Assembly: GCA_963701965.1 (NCBI GenBank)
Contig: OY969695.1
Span: 352,001-416,000 of the forward strand
Direction: 5' to 3'
Length of the DNA: 64,000 nucleotides
Source: an uncultured Gemmatimonadales bacterium
GTDB taxonomy: Bacteria > Gemmatimonadota > Gemmatimonadetes > Gemmatimonadales > Gemmatimonadaceae
In this document: piece by piece, positions 17,798-28,513 of the stretch
Layout of the letters: each line of letters starts with the position of its first letter
How positions within the stretch are numbered: the stretch's first letter is position 1
Translations under genes and position numbers: made by a program
The notes under the pieces: model-generated
Databases searched by the model: none
What the model saw: the letters and a program-made list of their open reading frames with translations, nothing else
Told to the model about the DNA's origin: nothing

Positions 17798-18349
17798 CTA
17801 TTCGCCCGACGCCCGCGGGATCACATGGGGCGCGAGATCGAGGTCGTAGGCGAAGTCACCGGCACTCGTCACGTTGACCACGAGCTTGACCAGCGAGGTC
17901 ACCGTGGCATCGAGGTCCCACCCATGTTGCACGCTCCGCCCGATCGCCGAGTCCAGCGCGGTCTGGTGCGTCAGGTAGGGCTCGAAACGCAGGGGCTGCC
18001 GCGAGGCGACCAGCAGGATATAGGGCTTTTGACCTACGTTGTCTGAAAGCAGTGCGAGGCGGCGATCCTCGGAGCGAATGCTGGCGGGCCGTAGCGACTG
18101 CATGTGGGTCCCCGCGCGCTCGGCCTGGCTCGGCAAGTTGTACGGGTAGAGCAACGCGACGCCGCGACCGGGCAGGATCACGAACATGGCGACGTAGGCG
18201 CGATCGTTGAGCGAGTAGCCGAACTCGCGGTCGTTGAACGTCGGCTGCACGGGCAAGAATGCCGCCTCGAGTGGAGTGGCGGAAGGCTGCTGAGCGAGAG
18301 CGACCCCAGCGAGCATCGGCAACGCAAGGACCGCAAGTGCTGCGCGCAT
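17798..18349 (-). CDS. Exported protein, DUF4384-like
   Basis: GGAG RBS and signal peptide (MRAALAVLALPMLAGVALA). LNDRAYVAMF...VALLYP...YILLVASRQPL pattern recalls DUF4384 (from memory, not searched). Confidence 0.55.
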   Translation of the reverse strand: MRAALAVLALPMLAGVALAQQPSATPLEAAFLPVQPTFNDREFGYSLNDRAYVAMFVILPGRGVALLYPYNLPSQAERAGTHMQSLRPASIRSEDRRLALLSDNVGQKPYILLVASRQPLRFEPYLTHQTALDSAIGRSVQHGWDLDATVTSLVKLVVNVTSAGDFAYDLDLAPHVIPRASGE

Positions 18350-18362
18350 TGATTGTCTCCGT

Positions 18363-18600
18363 TTAGGGAATGACGTCAGGAGCGAGATCGAAGTCGTAGG
18401 GACAGAGCAGCGCGACGCCATGCTCGGGCGAAATCACGAACATCGCGACGTACGCGCGATCGTTGAGCAGGTACGAGAACTCCCGGTCGACCGAGGGCGG
18501 TGGCGGCAGCAGCGTGATCTCGAGAGGACGGGCCGGCGCTTGGGCCCCAAGCGGCGGCAGCCAACAATGGCAGAACGGAGACCGCGAGACCTGCGCGCAT
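18363..18600 (-). pseudogene. Internally deleted paralog of the DUF4384-like gene
   Basis: MRAGLAVSVLPL.../DREFSYLLNDRAYVAMFVISPEHGVALLCPY fused directly to DFDLAPDVIP. Frameshift near 18545. Confidence 0.7.
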
Positions 18601-18694
18601 CCAACCGCCTCCACGAGAGACGTGCCTGATGTTTATACGTGCGCGGTCGTCACTTCGTTCCCGATCACGTATTGCAGAACGGCAATGCCGACGA

Positions 18695-19636
18695 TTAGGG
18701 CCGCGCCAACGCGCGCCGCGCGTGCTCTTCGTCGCGTCCGAGTTGCGCCTTGAGCGCGTCGATGCCGTCGAACCGGCGCGTGTCGCGGAGCCGCGCGATG
18801 AACTCGACGCGGACGTGAACGCCGTACCAGTCGCCATCAGTGTCGAACAGGTGCGCTTCGAGCGTCACGTTCGTCTCGCCGAACGTAGGACGCGGCCCGA
18901 GGTTCATCATCCCGCCAAACGGTCCCTTCGGCGTCTGCACCCGGACCGCGTACACGCCCTCCGGCGGCAAGAGCTTGCGCGGTGAGGGGAGCGGCAGGTT
19001 GAGCGTGGGATAGCCGATCGTGCGCCCGCGCTGCGCCCCGCGCATCACGATGCCGCTCACGGCGTAGGGGCGGCCCAGCGCCGCGGTCGCGCTGCGCAGA
19101 TCGCCGCCCGCCACCGCGCGGCGGATCGACGTCGACGAGATGGGCCGGCCGTCGTCCCCCGTCGTCGGCGGCACGATCTCCACCCGGAACCCGCGCCGCG
19201 CACCAATCGCGCGGACGGTCTCGACGTCGCCCTCCCGGCCCCGGCCGAACCCGTTGTCGTACCCGCTCAACATCTCCCGCATGCGGAACCGCCCCCGCAA
19301 CACGACGTCGATGAACTGCTCGGCCGAGTAGCGCGCCAACGTCGGTGTGAAGGGCAACACGGCGCAGTAGTCGATGCCGCTCTCGGCCAGCACTTCGGTG
19401 CGCTCCTCGCCGACCGTGAGCAGCGGGCGCGCCGCCGCCGGGTTCACGACCTCCAGCGGATGCGGCTCGAACGTCACCAGCACGCTCTTGCAGCCGGTCT
19501 CGCGCGAGCGCGCCGCCAAGCGCGCCAACACCGCCTGATGCCCGCGATGCACGCCATCGAACGTACCGACCGTCACGACAGTGGCATCGACAGCCGGTGG
19601 AAGGCCCGACGCCGTACCGTCGTCCGACCAGCTCAC
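18695..19636 (-). CDS. ribF: Bifunctional riboflavin kinase/FAD synthetase
   Basis: GTFDGVHRGH, TFEPHP, ISSTSIR, GRTIGYPTLN, GPRPTF, LEAHLFD. Confidence 0.96.
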   Translation of the reverse strand: MSWSDDGTASGLPPAVDATVVTVGTFDGVHRGHQAVLARLAARSRETGCKSVLVTFEPHPLEVVNPAAARPLLTVGEERTEVLAESGIDYCAVLPFTPTLARYSAEQFIDVVLRGRFRMREMLSGYDNGFGRGREGDVETVRAIGARRGFRVEIVPPTTGDDGRPISSTSIRRAVAGGDLRSATAALGRPYAVSGIVMRGAQRGRTIGYPTLNLPLPSPRKLLPPEGVYAVRVQTPKGPFGGMMNLGPRPTFGETNVTLEAHLFDTDGDWYGVHVRVEFIARLRDTRRFDGIDALKAQLGRDEEHARRALARP

Positions 19637-20505
19637 GCCTCGTCTCCCAGCACCACCCGCGGCTGCCAGTCCGTCCCCTGCCGCTCGGCCACCGCGATGA
19701 GCCGACGGTCGCGATCGACGAGCGCGGCCCACTCACCGCCCGCCACCGCGCTCACCGTGAGACCGCGCCGCACGCGATCGATCCCCTCGGTGTCGATCGC
19801 CTCCACCGGCAACCCCACGAGCCCGTCGAGCGGCGGCCGAATATGCCGGTCCGGCTCGGCGGCGACCACGTCCAACGTCACGGCATCGTGGACATGAAAT
19901 GGCCCGCTCGAGATACGGCGAAGCGCTACCAGGTGCGCGGCGCTGCGCGCCGCGCGACCGATATCTCGCGCCAAGGCGCGGATGTAGGTGCCGCCGCTGC
20001 AGGTAATTGACGCACGTAGCGTGGTGCCATCGTACGCCGAGACGTCCCAGGCGTGCACCGTCACCTGGGAAGGAGCCAGCGTCAGCGGCGCGCCACTCCG
20101 CGCCGCGGCGTAGGCCCGCCGCCCACCCACCTGCTTGGCCGAGTACGCCGGCGGCTCCTGCGCGATGACCCCGCTGAGCGCCGCCACCCCCGCGTCGAGC
20201 GCATCGCGGTCGGGCGGCGACGCCGTGCGCGTCGGCAGCCCCGTGAGATCGTCGGTGTCCGTCTCGTGACCGAACACGATCGTCGCGTCGTACACCTTGG
20301 GCTCGCCCGCCAAATAGGGCAACAGGCGCGTGGCGCGCCCCAAGAGCAACACCAGCAGCCCCGTCGCGAACGGATCGAGCGTCCCCGCATGACCGACGCG
20401 ACGCTGCCGGGTCACGCGCCGCACGATCGCCACGACGTCGTGCGATGTGCGCCCGGCGGGTTTGTCGATCAGGAGCAACCCGTCAGGCAGTCCCGCTCCC
20501 ATCAT
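19633..20505 (-). CDS. truB: tRNA pseudouridine(55) synthase
   Basis: DKPAGRTSHDVV, GHAGTLDPFATGLL, PPAYSAK, CSGGTYIRAL. Confidence 0.96.
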   Translation of the reverse strand: MMGAGLPDGLLLIDKPAGRTSHDVVAIVRRVTRQRRVGHAGTLDPFATGLLVLLLGRATRLLPYLAGEPKVYDATIVFGHETDTDDLTGLPTRTASPPDRDALDAGVAALSGVIAQEPPAYSAKQVGGRRAYAAARSGAPLTLAPSQVTVHAWDVSAYDGTTLRASITCSGGTYIRALARDIGRAARSAAHLVALRRISSGPFHVHDAVTLDVVAAEPDRHIRPPLDGLVGLPVEAIDTEGIDRVRRGLTVSAVAGGEWAALVDRDRRLIAVAERQGTDWQPRVVLGDEA

Positions 20506-20893
20506 TGCTCGGGGTGTCGTCCCGCGCCTCGCGCTCTGGTGCCTCGCGCGCCAACCCTTCCAGCAACGACTCGATGCGCGCCGCATACGCGACACTCTTG
20601 TCCGGCCGGAACTCGATCTCCGGCGCCACGCGCAATCGGAGCGACCGCCCGATGCGCGTGCGCAGATGATGCGCCGCGCTGGCCAACCCCTCGAACGTCG
20701 CCGACTGCTCGGCTTCGCTCCCCATGACGGTCACGAAGACTTTGGCGTGCCGGAGATCGCGCGTCACCTCGGCGCCCGTGACCGTGACGAACCCGCGCAC
20801 GCGCGGATCCTTCACGTCCTCGGCGAGGAACGTCGCCACCTCCTCCCGGATCGCCTCGGCCACGCGATCCGGCCGCCGCGTATGTACGGTCAT
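20483..20893 (-). CDS. rbfA: Ribosome-binding factor A
   Basis: RPDRVAEAIREE, KDPRV, DLRHAKVFV, LRVAPEIEF. Confidence 0.95.
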   Translation of the reverse strand: MTVHTRRPDRVAEAIREEVATFLAEDVKDPRVRGFVTVTGAEVTRDLRHAKVFVTVMGSEAEQSATFEGLASAAHHLRTRIGRSLRLRVAPEIEFRPDKSVAYAARIESLLEGLAREAPEREARDDTPSNDGSGTA

Positions 20894-20907
20894 GCCCACC
20901 CTCACCG

Positions 20908-23900
20908 TCAGGGCGCGGGAGCCAGCGTCCGCGCGCGCTCTTCGGTGCGATACGCCTCGATCACATCGCCGACCTTGAGATCGTTGAAGTTCTCGATCCC
21001 AATACCGCACTCGAACCCCGCCCGCACTTCCCGCACGTCGTCCTTGAACCGCCGCAGCGACGAGATGCGCCCGTCGTAGACCTGCGAGCCATTGCGAATG
21101 ACCCGCACGCGCCCTTCGCGCGTGATGACCCCCGTCCGCACCGAGCACCCGGCGATGACGCCGATCTTCGCGACCTTGAACAGCTCGCGCACCTCGGCGT
21201 CCCCGTCGATGACCTCGCGCTGCTCCGGCCGGAGCATGCCTTCGAGCGCCGCCCGCACATCGGCCACAGCCTCGTAGATGATCCGGTACAGCTTGATCTC
21301 GACGCCCTCGCGCTCCGCCGTCGCCCGGGCGTTGTTGTCCGGACGCACGTGGAACCCGACGATGATCGCGCCCGACGCCTTGGCCAATAGCACGTCGCTC
21401 TCGCTGACGGCGCCGACGCCGCGATGGATGACCTGCACCTCGACCTCGCTGGTCGAGAGCTGCCCCAACGCGTCCGCCAACGCTTCCGCCGGACCGCCCT
21501 GGTCCGCCTTGATCACGATGCGCAACGACCGCCGCTCGCCGGCCGCCGTCTGCGCCATGAAATCTTCCAACGTGACGCCGGCCCGCGCCGACGTGCGGCG
21601 ATTGCGCGCTTCGCGATCGAGGCGCTCGCGCTTCTGCGCCGTCTCCCGCGCGTCCGTCGCGTCCTCGACGACCACGAGCACGTCGCCGGCCGTCGGGACC
21701 TTTTGCAGACCCAACACCTGCACCGGGATCGCGGGACCCGCTTCCTTCACGTTCTTATTGCGCTCGTCGAGCAACGCGCGCACGCGGCCGGAGTACATGC
21801 CGCAGATGAAATCGTCCCCGACGCGCAGCGTGCCATTCTCCACGAGCACCGTGGCCACCGGCCCCTTGCCCGGGTCGAGCTGCGCCTCGATGACGGCGCC
21901 GGTCGCCCGACGGTCCGGGTTGGCGCGGAGATCCAGGATCTCGGCCTGCAGCAGAATCTGCTCCAGCAACGTGTCGACGGCTGTGCCCTTCTTGGCCGAG
22001 ATCGGCGTCGCCAGGGTCTGTCCGCCGAACTCCTCGAGCACCACGCCTTGCTGCAAGAGATCCTGCTTCACCTTCATCACGTTGGCGGCCGGCAGGTCGA
22101 TCTTGTTGATCGCCACGATCATCGGCACGCCGGCGTTCTTGGCGTGCGAGATGGCTTCGATCGTCTGCGGCATGACCCGATCGTCCGCGGCCACCACCAA
22201 CACCACGATGTCCGTGACCTGCGCGCCCCGGGCGCGCATGGCGGTAAACGCCTCGTGGCCCGGGGTGTCGAGGAACGTGATCGACTTGCCCTTGGGCAGC
22301 GTGACGTGATACGCGCCAATGTGTTGCGTGATACCGCCCGCTTCACCCGCCACGACGTTCGCCTTGCGGATGTAGTCGAGCAACGACGTCTTCCCATGGT
22401 CGACGTGACCCATGATCGTCACCACCGGCGGCCGCGGCACCAACGTCGCCGGATCCTCCTCCACCTCGGGCACACCCGCCTCGGCGGCGTACTCCGCCTC
22501 CTTGACGGCGCGGAACCCGTACTCGCCCGCGATCAACTCGATCTGATCGAAGTCGAGCCGCTGGTTGATCGTCACCATGAAGCCGAGGTTCTTGAGGGCG
22601 AACGCGACGATCTGCGTCGCGGGCACCTTCAGGGTCTCCCCGAGCTCGCTCACCGTAATGAACTCGTTCACGCGCACGGTCTTGCGCTCGCGCTCGGCCT
22701 CGGCGGCGCGCGCCGCTTCCAACTCCTCGCGCGAGACAGCTTCGTCGAACCGCCGGCGCCCGCCCGTGCTGCGGCCCACCGGGCCGCGCATCGCGGTCAT
22801 CGTGCGATTGATGTTCGCCGACACGGCTTCCTGGTCGACCATGCCGCGCTTGCCCTTCTTGCGACGGCCGGCGCCCGACATCGGACCCTGGCCCATCGGC
22901 GGGCCGCCGCCCGTACTCGGGCGCTTGTCGTCGCGGCGCGCCGGTGGTGCGGCGCTGCCGCCCGTCGCACCGCCAGGCGCGGCGGACGCCACCGGTCGCG
23001 GCGCGTTGTTTTGGTAGTTGCCGCCGCCGGACGACGGGCGATTCTGGCGCGGGGCGCCGGGTACGAACGGGCGCGGCGCGCCGGGCACCGCCGGACGCGG
23101 ACGATTGCCCTCGGGCGCACTCGGCGCCGAGTCGGACCGCGTCGGCGCGGAGGTATACGGAGCGCTCGGGCGCGGCCGCTGCGCGGCCTCGCCACGCGCG
23201 TCGCCGTGCGATTCCGGACGACTCTCCGGACGGGCTCCGGGCGCGACTCCTGTCGCGTCTCCGATCGAGCGTCCGGTCGCGAGTCTGGTCTCGTCTCTGG
23301 ACGGGTCTCCGACCGCCCATCAGCGCGATGCTCGGGGCGAGCCTCGACGCGGGGCGTCTCCGATCGCCCTTCCGTGCGACCCTCCGTCCGCACATCAGCA
23401 GGCTGACGCGGCGCCTGCTCCGTCTCCAGCGTCTCCGCGTCGTTGGCTTCCTCGGCCTCGAGCTCGACGGCGGCGGCCGCGGCTTCGGCCGCTTCCGCGG
23501 CGGCTTCGGCGGCTGCCTCGGCTGCTGCTTCAGCGGCCTCCGCGGCCGCTTGCTGCACGTCAGCCGCGCGGCGGCGGCGGACGCCGCCCGTCGGCGCGGC
23601 CGTCGCCGATCCGTTCGCCACGCTGGCGGCGGGGGTCGCCGTGGTCGTGGATGCCGGTGCGTCGGCGGACGGCCGTCGCGCCCGCGCTCGCCGCCGGGGC
23701 CGCGGCCGCACCACGGCGACGCCGCGCCGGCGCCGCCGGCTGGGTCGCGCGTACACGCTTCTCGCGCTCCCAGCGGGCTCGCACGCGCGCGACTTGCTCG
23801 TCCGTCAGCGGGCTCAGATGGCTGCGGACCGACACGTCCATCGCGCGCAGCAAATTCATCACCTCGTCCGGCGAGATGCCGAATTCGCCCGCCATATCGT

Positions 23901-23919
23901 GTACGCGAAGCTTGCTCAC
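20908..23919 (-). CDS. infB: Translation initiation factor IF-2 (frameshifts in the low-complexity N-terminal region)
   Basis: N-terminus MSKLRVHDMAGEFG after AGGAGG. GTPase RPPVVTIMGHVDHGKT, DTPGHEAF, NKID. C-terminus SLRRFKDDVREV. Split across at least 3 frames. Confidence 0.93.
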
Positions 23920-23928
23920 ACCATCCTC

Positions 23929-24300
23929 CTAAAGGGCTCCACGAGAGCCCGAGTCCACTAGCGCGCGAATGCCCTTCGCCAACTGATGGTCCACGATCCC
24001 GACCGCCGCCGCCGTCTCCCGTCCCACCGCCGCGCCAAGCTGCGCCGCGCTTGGCACGTTCACGAACGGCACCCGCCGCGCATGGAGCAATGGTACCACT
24101 TTCTCCAGACTGTGCCGCGACGCATCGGGCGCGATGACCGCAAACGCGAGCCGCCCGCGGAACGCGGCTTCACGCACCTGCTGGATGCCAACGACGGCGA
24201 GCCGCCCGCGCACCCCCAGCCCGATCAAACCCAACAACTTCGGGACGATCTCCAGGCGCGCGTCAGGCAGTCGCTCCTCCTTCCCGTCCCGCCGCGGCAT
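23929..24300 (-). CDS. L7Ae/YlxQ family ribosomal protein-like
   Basis: LLGLIGLG..G, APDAS, LGAAVGR, AVGIVD. Position between nusA and infB. Start uncertain. Confidence 0.85.
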   Translation of the reverse strand: MPRRDGKEERLPDARLEIVPKLLGLIGLGVRGRLAVVGIQQVREAAFRGRLAFAVIAPDASRHSLEKVVPLLHARRVPFVNVPSAAQLGAAVGRETAAAVGIVDHQLAKGIRALVDSGSRGAL

Positions 24301-25606
24301 CCGCGCCTTCGTCCGTCGTCAACTCGTCGATGATCGACATGATCCGATCAGCTTCGGCCGGCGCGATGCCCGGCAAACGCAGCAGATCCTCACGCTCCAA
24401 GTCGATCACGTCGTTCAACGTGCGGTATCCTGCCTCCTCCAAGACCGCGACCGTCGCCGGCTCGAGGCCTTGGATTTCCGACAACTTCACATCGCCTTCG
24501 TCGGCCGTCGACGCCTCCTCGGGCAGCGGCGCGAAGAGCGGCGCCTCGCCGGCGCGCTCCAGCCATTCGCGGCTCGAGTACAGGTCGATCTTCCACTCGG
24601 TCAGCTCCGACGCCAACCGCACGTTCTGCCCGTTGCGTCCGATCGCCAGCGAGAGCTGGTCTTCGTCGACGACGGCTTGGATGGTCTTGGTCGACGGATC
24701 GGAGAACACCCGGGCCACGCGCGCCGGGGCCAGCGCCAGCTTGGCGAACCGCTCGGGGTCCGACGACCAGGGCACGATGTCGATGCGCTCGCCGCCCAAC
24801 TCGTTCACGACGGCCTGCACCCGCGAGCCCTTGAGACCCACGCAGGCGCCAACGGGATCGATCGAGTCGTCGCGCGAAAAGACGGCGATCTTGGTCCGGC
24901 TGCCGACCTCGCGCGCCGAGGCGCGAATGTCGACGATGCCCTGCTGAATCTCGGGGACTTCGAGCTTGAACAGCGCCTTCACGAAGAGCGCGTCGGCGCG
25001 GCTCAGAATGAGGCGCGGCCCTTTGGGGGTCTCCTCGACGCGCTTGAGCACCGCGCGAATGGGTTCGCCCTGATGGAAATGCTCGCGATGGTTCTGCTCC
25101 CGATACGGAATGATCGCTTCCGCCTCGCGGAACTTGTTGAGCATCACGACGAGCTTGCCGCGCTCGATCTGCTGAATCTCACCCGACAACAGCTCACCCA
25201 CCCGGCCCGTGAACTCATCGCGGATCTTCGACCGCTCGCCTTCGCGGACGCGCTGGATGATGCGCTGCTTCGCGGCCTGCACGGCCGTGCGGCCGAACTC
25301 CGCGAAATCCACCGGAATCTCCATGACGTCGCCGACCTGGAACTCGGGATCCTCGAACCGGGCGTCCTCGAGCGACGTCTCCTTGCTGGGATCCTCGACC
25401 GTCTCCACGACGTTCTTGAGCAGCGTGATGTTCAGCGTGCCGCGGTCGTCGTCGATCACGACCTCGGCCTGTACGTTGGCGCCATGCTTCTTCGCGAGCG
25501 CGGCCATGATGCCGTCCTTGAGGAGCTCCTGCAGCTCCTGGCGGCCGAGACTCTTCGAGTTCGAGAGCTCGCGGATCGCAGTGAGGATTTCAGCCGAGCC
25601 GACCAT
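24263..25606 (-). CDS. nusA: Transcription termination/antitermination factor NusA
   Basis: FGRTAVQAAKQ, REVGSRTKIAV, DPVGACVG, LSLAIGRNGQNVRLA. Confidence 0.97.
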   Translation of the reverse strand: MVGSAEILTAIRELSNSKSLGRQELQELLKDGIMAALAKKHGANVQAEVVIDDDRGTLNITLLKNVVETVEDPSKETSLEDARFEDPEFQVGDVMEIPVDFAEFGRTAVQAAKQRIIQRVREGERSKIRDEFTGRVGELLSGEIQQIERGKLVVMLNKFREAEAIIPYREQNHREHFHQGEPIRAVLKRVEETPKGPRLILSRADALFVKALFKLEVPEIQQGIVDIRASAREVGSRTKIAVFSRDDSIDPVGACVGLKGSRVQAVVNELGGERIDIVPWSSDPERFAKLALAPARVARVFSDPSTKTIQAVVDEDQLSLAIGRNGQNVRLASELTEWKIDLYSSREWLERAGEAPLFAPLPEEASTADEGDVKLSEIQGLEPATVAVLEEAGYRTLNDVIDLEREDLLRLPGIAPAEADRIMSIIDELTTDEGADAAAGREGGATA

Positions 25607-26096
25607 CCGTCACACCCCTGTCCCAAATGAACGTGAGCCGTGCCTCCTCGATCTGCGACAACGGCACTCGGTGTTCGGATCCGCCTCGTGGTTCCGAACC
25701 CCCCAACACATCGCGCACCGTGACGACGGCATCATCTCCCTCGCCGTCGACACCAACGATCTCGACTTCCCGGCGCCCACCGAGCGCCGCGCTCTTCACC
25801 GACGCCCGCCGGCCGACGAACCGCCGCCAATCCCGCTCGTACTTGAGTGGCCGATCCGCGCCCGGCGACGACACCTGCAACTCGTACCGCTCCGGCGTTC
25901 CCAGCGCCTCGATGCGCGGCTCCAGCACCCGCAATGCCCGCGCACAGTCTTCGACCGAAACCTTCAGTCCGTCCCGCCGATCAATGCGAACCTCGAACAG
26001 CGGACGGCTCCGACTGCCCAGGCGACGCACGTCGACCAGGTCGAGCCCAAGTTCGTCAAGTGCCGATTCGACAACAGCTTCCAGTTCTGATTTCAC
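25590..26096 (-). CDS. rimP: Ribosome maturation factor RimP
   Basis: VSVEDC, YELQVSSPGADRPL. GTG start at 26096. Confidence 0.92.
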   Translation of the reverse strand: MKSELEAVVESALDELGLDLVDVRRLGSRSRPLFEVRIDRRDGLKVSVEDCARALRVLEPRIEALGTPERYELQVSSPGADRPLKYERDWRRFVGRRASVKSAALGGRREVEIVGVDGEGDDAVVTVRDVLGGSEPRGGSEHRVPLSQIEEARLTFIWDRGVTDGRLG

Positions 26097-26109
26097 AACT
26101 GATGAGAAT

Positions 26110-26178
26110 AAAAAAATGTGGGGAACCTCCCCCACATTGCCAGACTTCGAAACATAACGGGCGCGAGACCGGGGTCAA
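26110..26178 (-). promoter_or_regulatory. rimP-nusA-infB promoter and terminator-like leader attenuator
   Basis: TTGACC-16nt-TATGTT, then hairpin AATGTGGGG...CCCCACATT followed by a U-run just upstream of rimP. Confidence 0.6.
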
Positions 26179-26219
26179 CCCCGGCGGAGACCGGTCAGGT
26201 TTGCATGACCAACCGTCGC

Positions 26220-26957
26220 CTACACATCGGCGATGATCGCCGCGACCTGTCGGCCCACGTCGCCGGCGCGGTGGGAGAAGAACCGCTCGCCATCGCAGCG
26301 GGAGCAGTCGTCGCTCAGCGTCACCGCCCGCACACCTGCCGCGCTCGCCTGGCCGGCGAGCAACGCGCGCAGATCGACCGTCGTGGGCCGGTCGACCATG
26401 CGTCCCGTGAGTCTGGCGTACACGTCGGGACTCACCTCGTAGCAGGGCCCACAGACCGCCGGACCCAAGTGGACCCGGAGATCACCGGCACGGAGGCCGG
26501 CCTCGGCAAAGGCGGCCAAGGCGTGTCTGAGAATGCCGTCCGCGGTGCCCCGCCAACCGGCGTGTACCGCGGCCACGGCGCCCGACGGGTGCGCGATGAG
26601 CATCGGCACGCAATCGGCAACGGTCACCGCCAGGCCGATACCGCGCGTGACCGCGACATGGCCGTCGGCCGCCTCGCTGCGAAGCCACCCGGTCCAGGTA
26701 TCGCTCACCGCGTCGCGCCCGGCGCCACCGTAGGTCAGAACGCGCGTCCCGTGCACCTGCTGCGCCGTCGCGAAGCGACGGGCGCGCAACACGTCCTGGC
26801 GCAGTTTCGCCCACCGCCCCATGACCGCGGACACGGGCTCCTCGGTCGCCGTGCTCAGCGACCCGAACACCCGCGTCGTCACATAGGCACGCACGCCGAA
26901 CGAGGCGAAGACATCGATCATCTCGATGCTGGCCGTCGACAGGACGCCGGCCGTCAT
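26220..26957 (-). CDS. pgeF: YfiH/PgeF-family purine nucleoside phosphorylase (laccase-domain protein)
   Basis: [33 protein letters not shown]. Confidence 0.9.
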   Translation of the reverse strand: MTAGVLSTASIEMIDVFASFGVRAYVTTRVFGSLSTATEEPVSAVMGRWAKLRQDVLRARRFATAQQVHGTRVLTYGGAGRDAVSDTWTGWLRSEAADGHVAVTRGIGLAVTVADCVPMLIAHPSGAVAAVHAGWRGTADGILRHALAAFAEAGLRAGDLRVHLGPAVCGPCYEVSPDVYARLTGRMVDRPTTVDLRALLAGQASAAGVRAVTLSDDCSRCDGERFFSHRAGDVGRQVAAIIADV

Positions 26958-28255
26958 GCCGTCACGCGCCGCCCATCGACGATGCGCTCAATGCGCGCAC
27001 CCAGGGCGTTCAACCGCTCGTCAATGCGCTCGTAGCCGCGATCGATCTGCCCGACGTTGTTGATGGTGCTGGTGCCGCGCGCACAGGAGGCGGCGAGCAG
27101 CATCGCCATGCCGGCGCGAATGTCGGGCGACTCGACGGTCGACCCGCGGAGCTCGGACGGACCGGCGACCAACGCCCGGTGGGGATCGCACAGCACGATC
27201 CGGGCGCCCATGCCCACGAGCTTGTCGACGAAGAACATGCGGGATTCGAACATCTTCTCATGCATCAGGATGAGCCCGTTACACTGCGTCGCCGTGACGA
27301 TCGCGATCGACATGAGATCGGCGGGAAACGCCGGCCACGGCTGATCTTCGAGCTTGGGGACGTGCCCACCGAGATCGCTCTGGATCTGCCGAGCTTGCCG
27401 CTCGGGCACGATGAGATCCGCTCCATCAACTTCACACTCGATCCCGAGCCGCGCAAATCCCATGCGCACCGCGCGGAGGTGCTCGACGCCGGCATCGGCA
27501 ATGCGCAGCGTGGAATGGGTGACGGCAGCGAGCCCTATGAAAGACCCGACCTCGATGTGATCGGGCCCGATCGCGTGACGGGCGCCACGCAGCGTGCGGG
27601 CGCCGTGGATCGTCAGAGTATTGGTGCCGATCCCCTCGATCTCGGCGCCCATGGCGACGAGAAAGTGGGCCAGATCCTGGACATGGGGCTCGCTGGCCGC
27701 GTTGCGAAGAATGGTCGTCCCGCTGGCAACCACTGCGGCCATGAGGGCGTTCTCGGTCGCGGTGACGCTGGGCTCATCGAGAAACACGTCGGCGCCGGTG
27801 AGGCGCGTGGCGCGAATCTCGAAACGGCCGTTGAGCGAGAACGTCGCGCCCAACTGCTCCAGGGCCATGAAATGCGTGTCCACCCGGCGCCGGCCAATGA
27901 CATCCCCGCCCGGCGGCGGCAGTTCCACCGACCCGCAACGGGCCAGCAGAGGGCCGGCCAGCAGGATCGACGCGCGAATCCGGGCGCAGAGCGCCGGGTC
28001 GAGCGACGCCGCGCGCACCTCGCGGGCGTGGATCCGGAGGGCGTGGGGGCCGGTCCAGTCCACCTCGGCGCCCACGGATCGTAGCAGATCGAGTAGCGTC
28101 TCGATATCGCTGATCCGCGGGACGTTCGCGAGCTCGACCGGTTGATCGGTGAGCAGGGCGGCGGCCACGATGGGAAGGGCCGCGTTCTTGTTGCCCGAAG
28201 GCCGGACGGTCCCGGAGAGGCGGCGACCGCCTTCGACGAGGAATTGGACGGACAT
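26954..28255 (-). CDS. murA: UDP-N-acetylglucosamine 1-carboxyvinyltransferase
   Basis: [41 protein letters not shown]. Confidence 0.96.
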   Translation of the reverse strand: MSVQFLVEGGRRLSGTVRPSGNKNAALPIVAAALLTDQPVELANVPRISDIETLLDLLRSVGAEVDWTGPHALRIHAREVRAASLDPALCARIRASILLAGPLLARCGSVELPPPGGDVIGRRRVDTHFMALEQLGATFSLNGRFEIRATRLTGADVFLDEPSVTATENALMAAVVASGTTILRNAASEPHVQDLAHFLVAMGAEIEGIGTNTLTIHGARTLRGARHAIGPDHIEVGSFIGLAAVTHSTLRIADAGVEHLRAVRMGFARLGIECEVDGADLIVPERQARQIQSDLGGHVPKLEDQPWPAFPADLMSIAIVTATQCNGLILMHEKMFESRMFFVDKLVGMGARIVLCDPHRALVAGPSELRGSTVESPDIRAGMAMLLAASCARGTSTINNVGQIDRGYERIDERLNALGARIERIVDGRRVTA

Positions 28256-28513
28256 GAGGTGGGGGTAGGATGCCCGCACGCGACGACGGAGGTCAACTAG
28301 AGGTCACGGGGCGCTCCGCGCCCGTGACTCTTTGACCTGTCGGTTTGATTCGCGGCGGCCCTGGCCGCCGCACCGCTGGGACAAGGCGAACATCAGAGGC
28401 AGTACGGCCGCCAGGGCCGCGGTCAATCCAACCGACCAACACGTCATCAGAAGGCGAAGCCTTCTGCATGACCGGTTGCCGCACGTGGCCCTGGCCTTGC
28501 AAGTTGCTGAGAT

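Noticed and set aside
9633..18721. att-like repeats at the island edges (9633-9655 versus the ribF 3' end)
   Set aside because: Only a short, gapped GC-rich similarity, which is expected by chance.
23230..23545. 12-bp-period repeats
   Set aside because: They encode low-complexity IF-2 N-terminal segments (RPET/RSET, AAEA), which is ordinary for infB.
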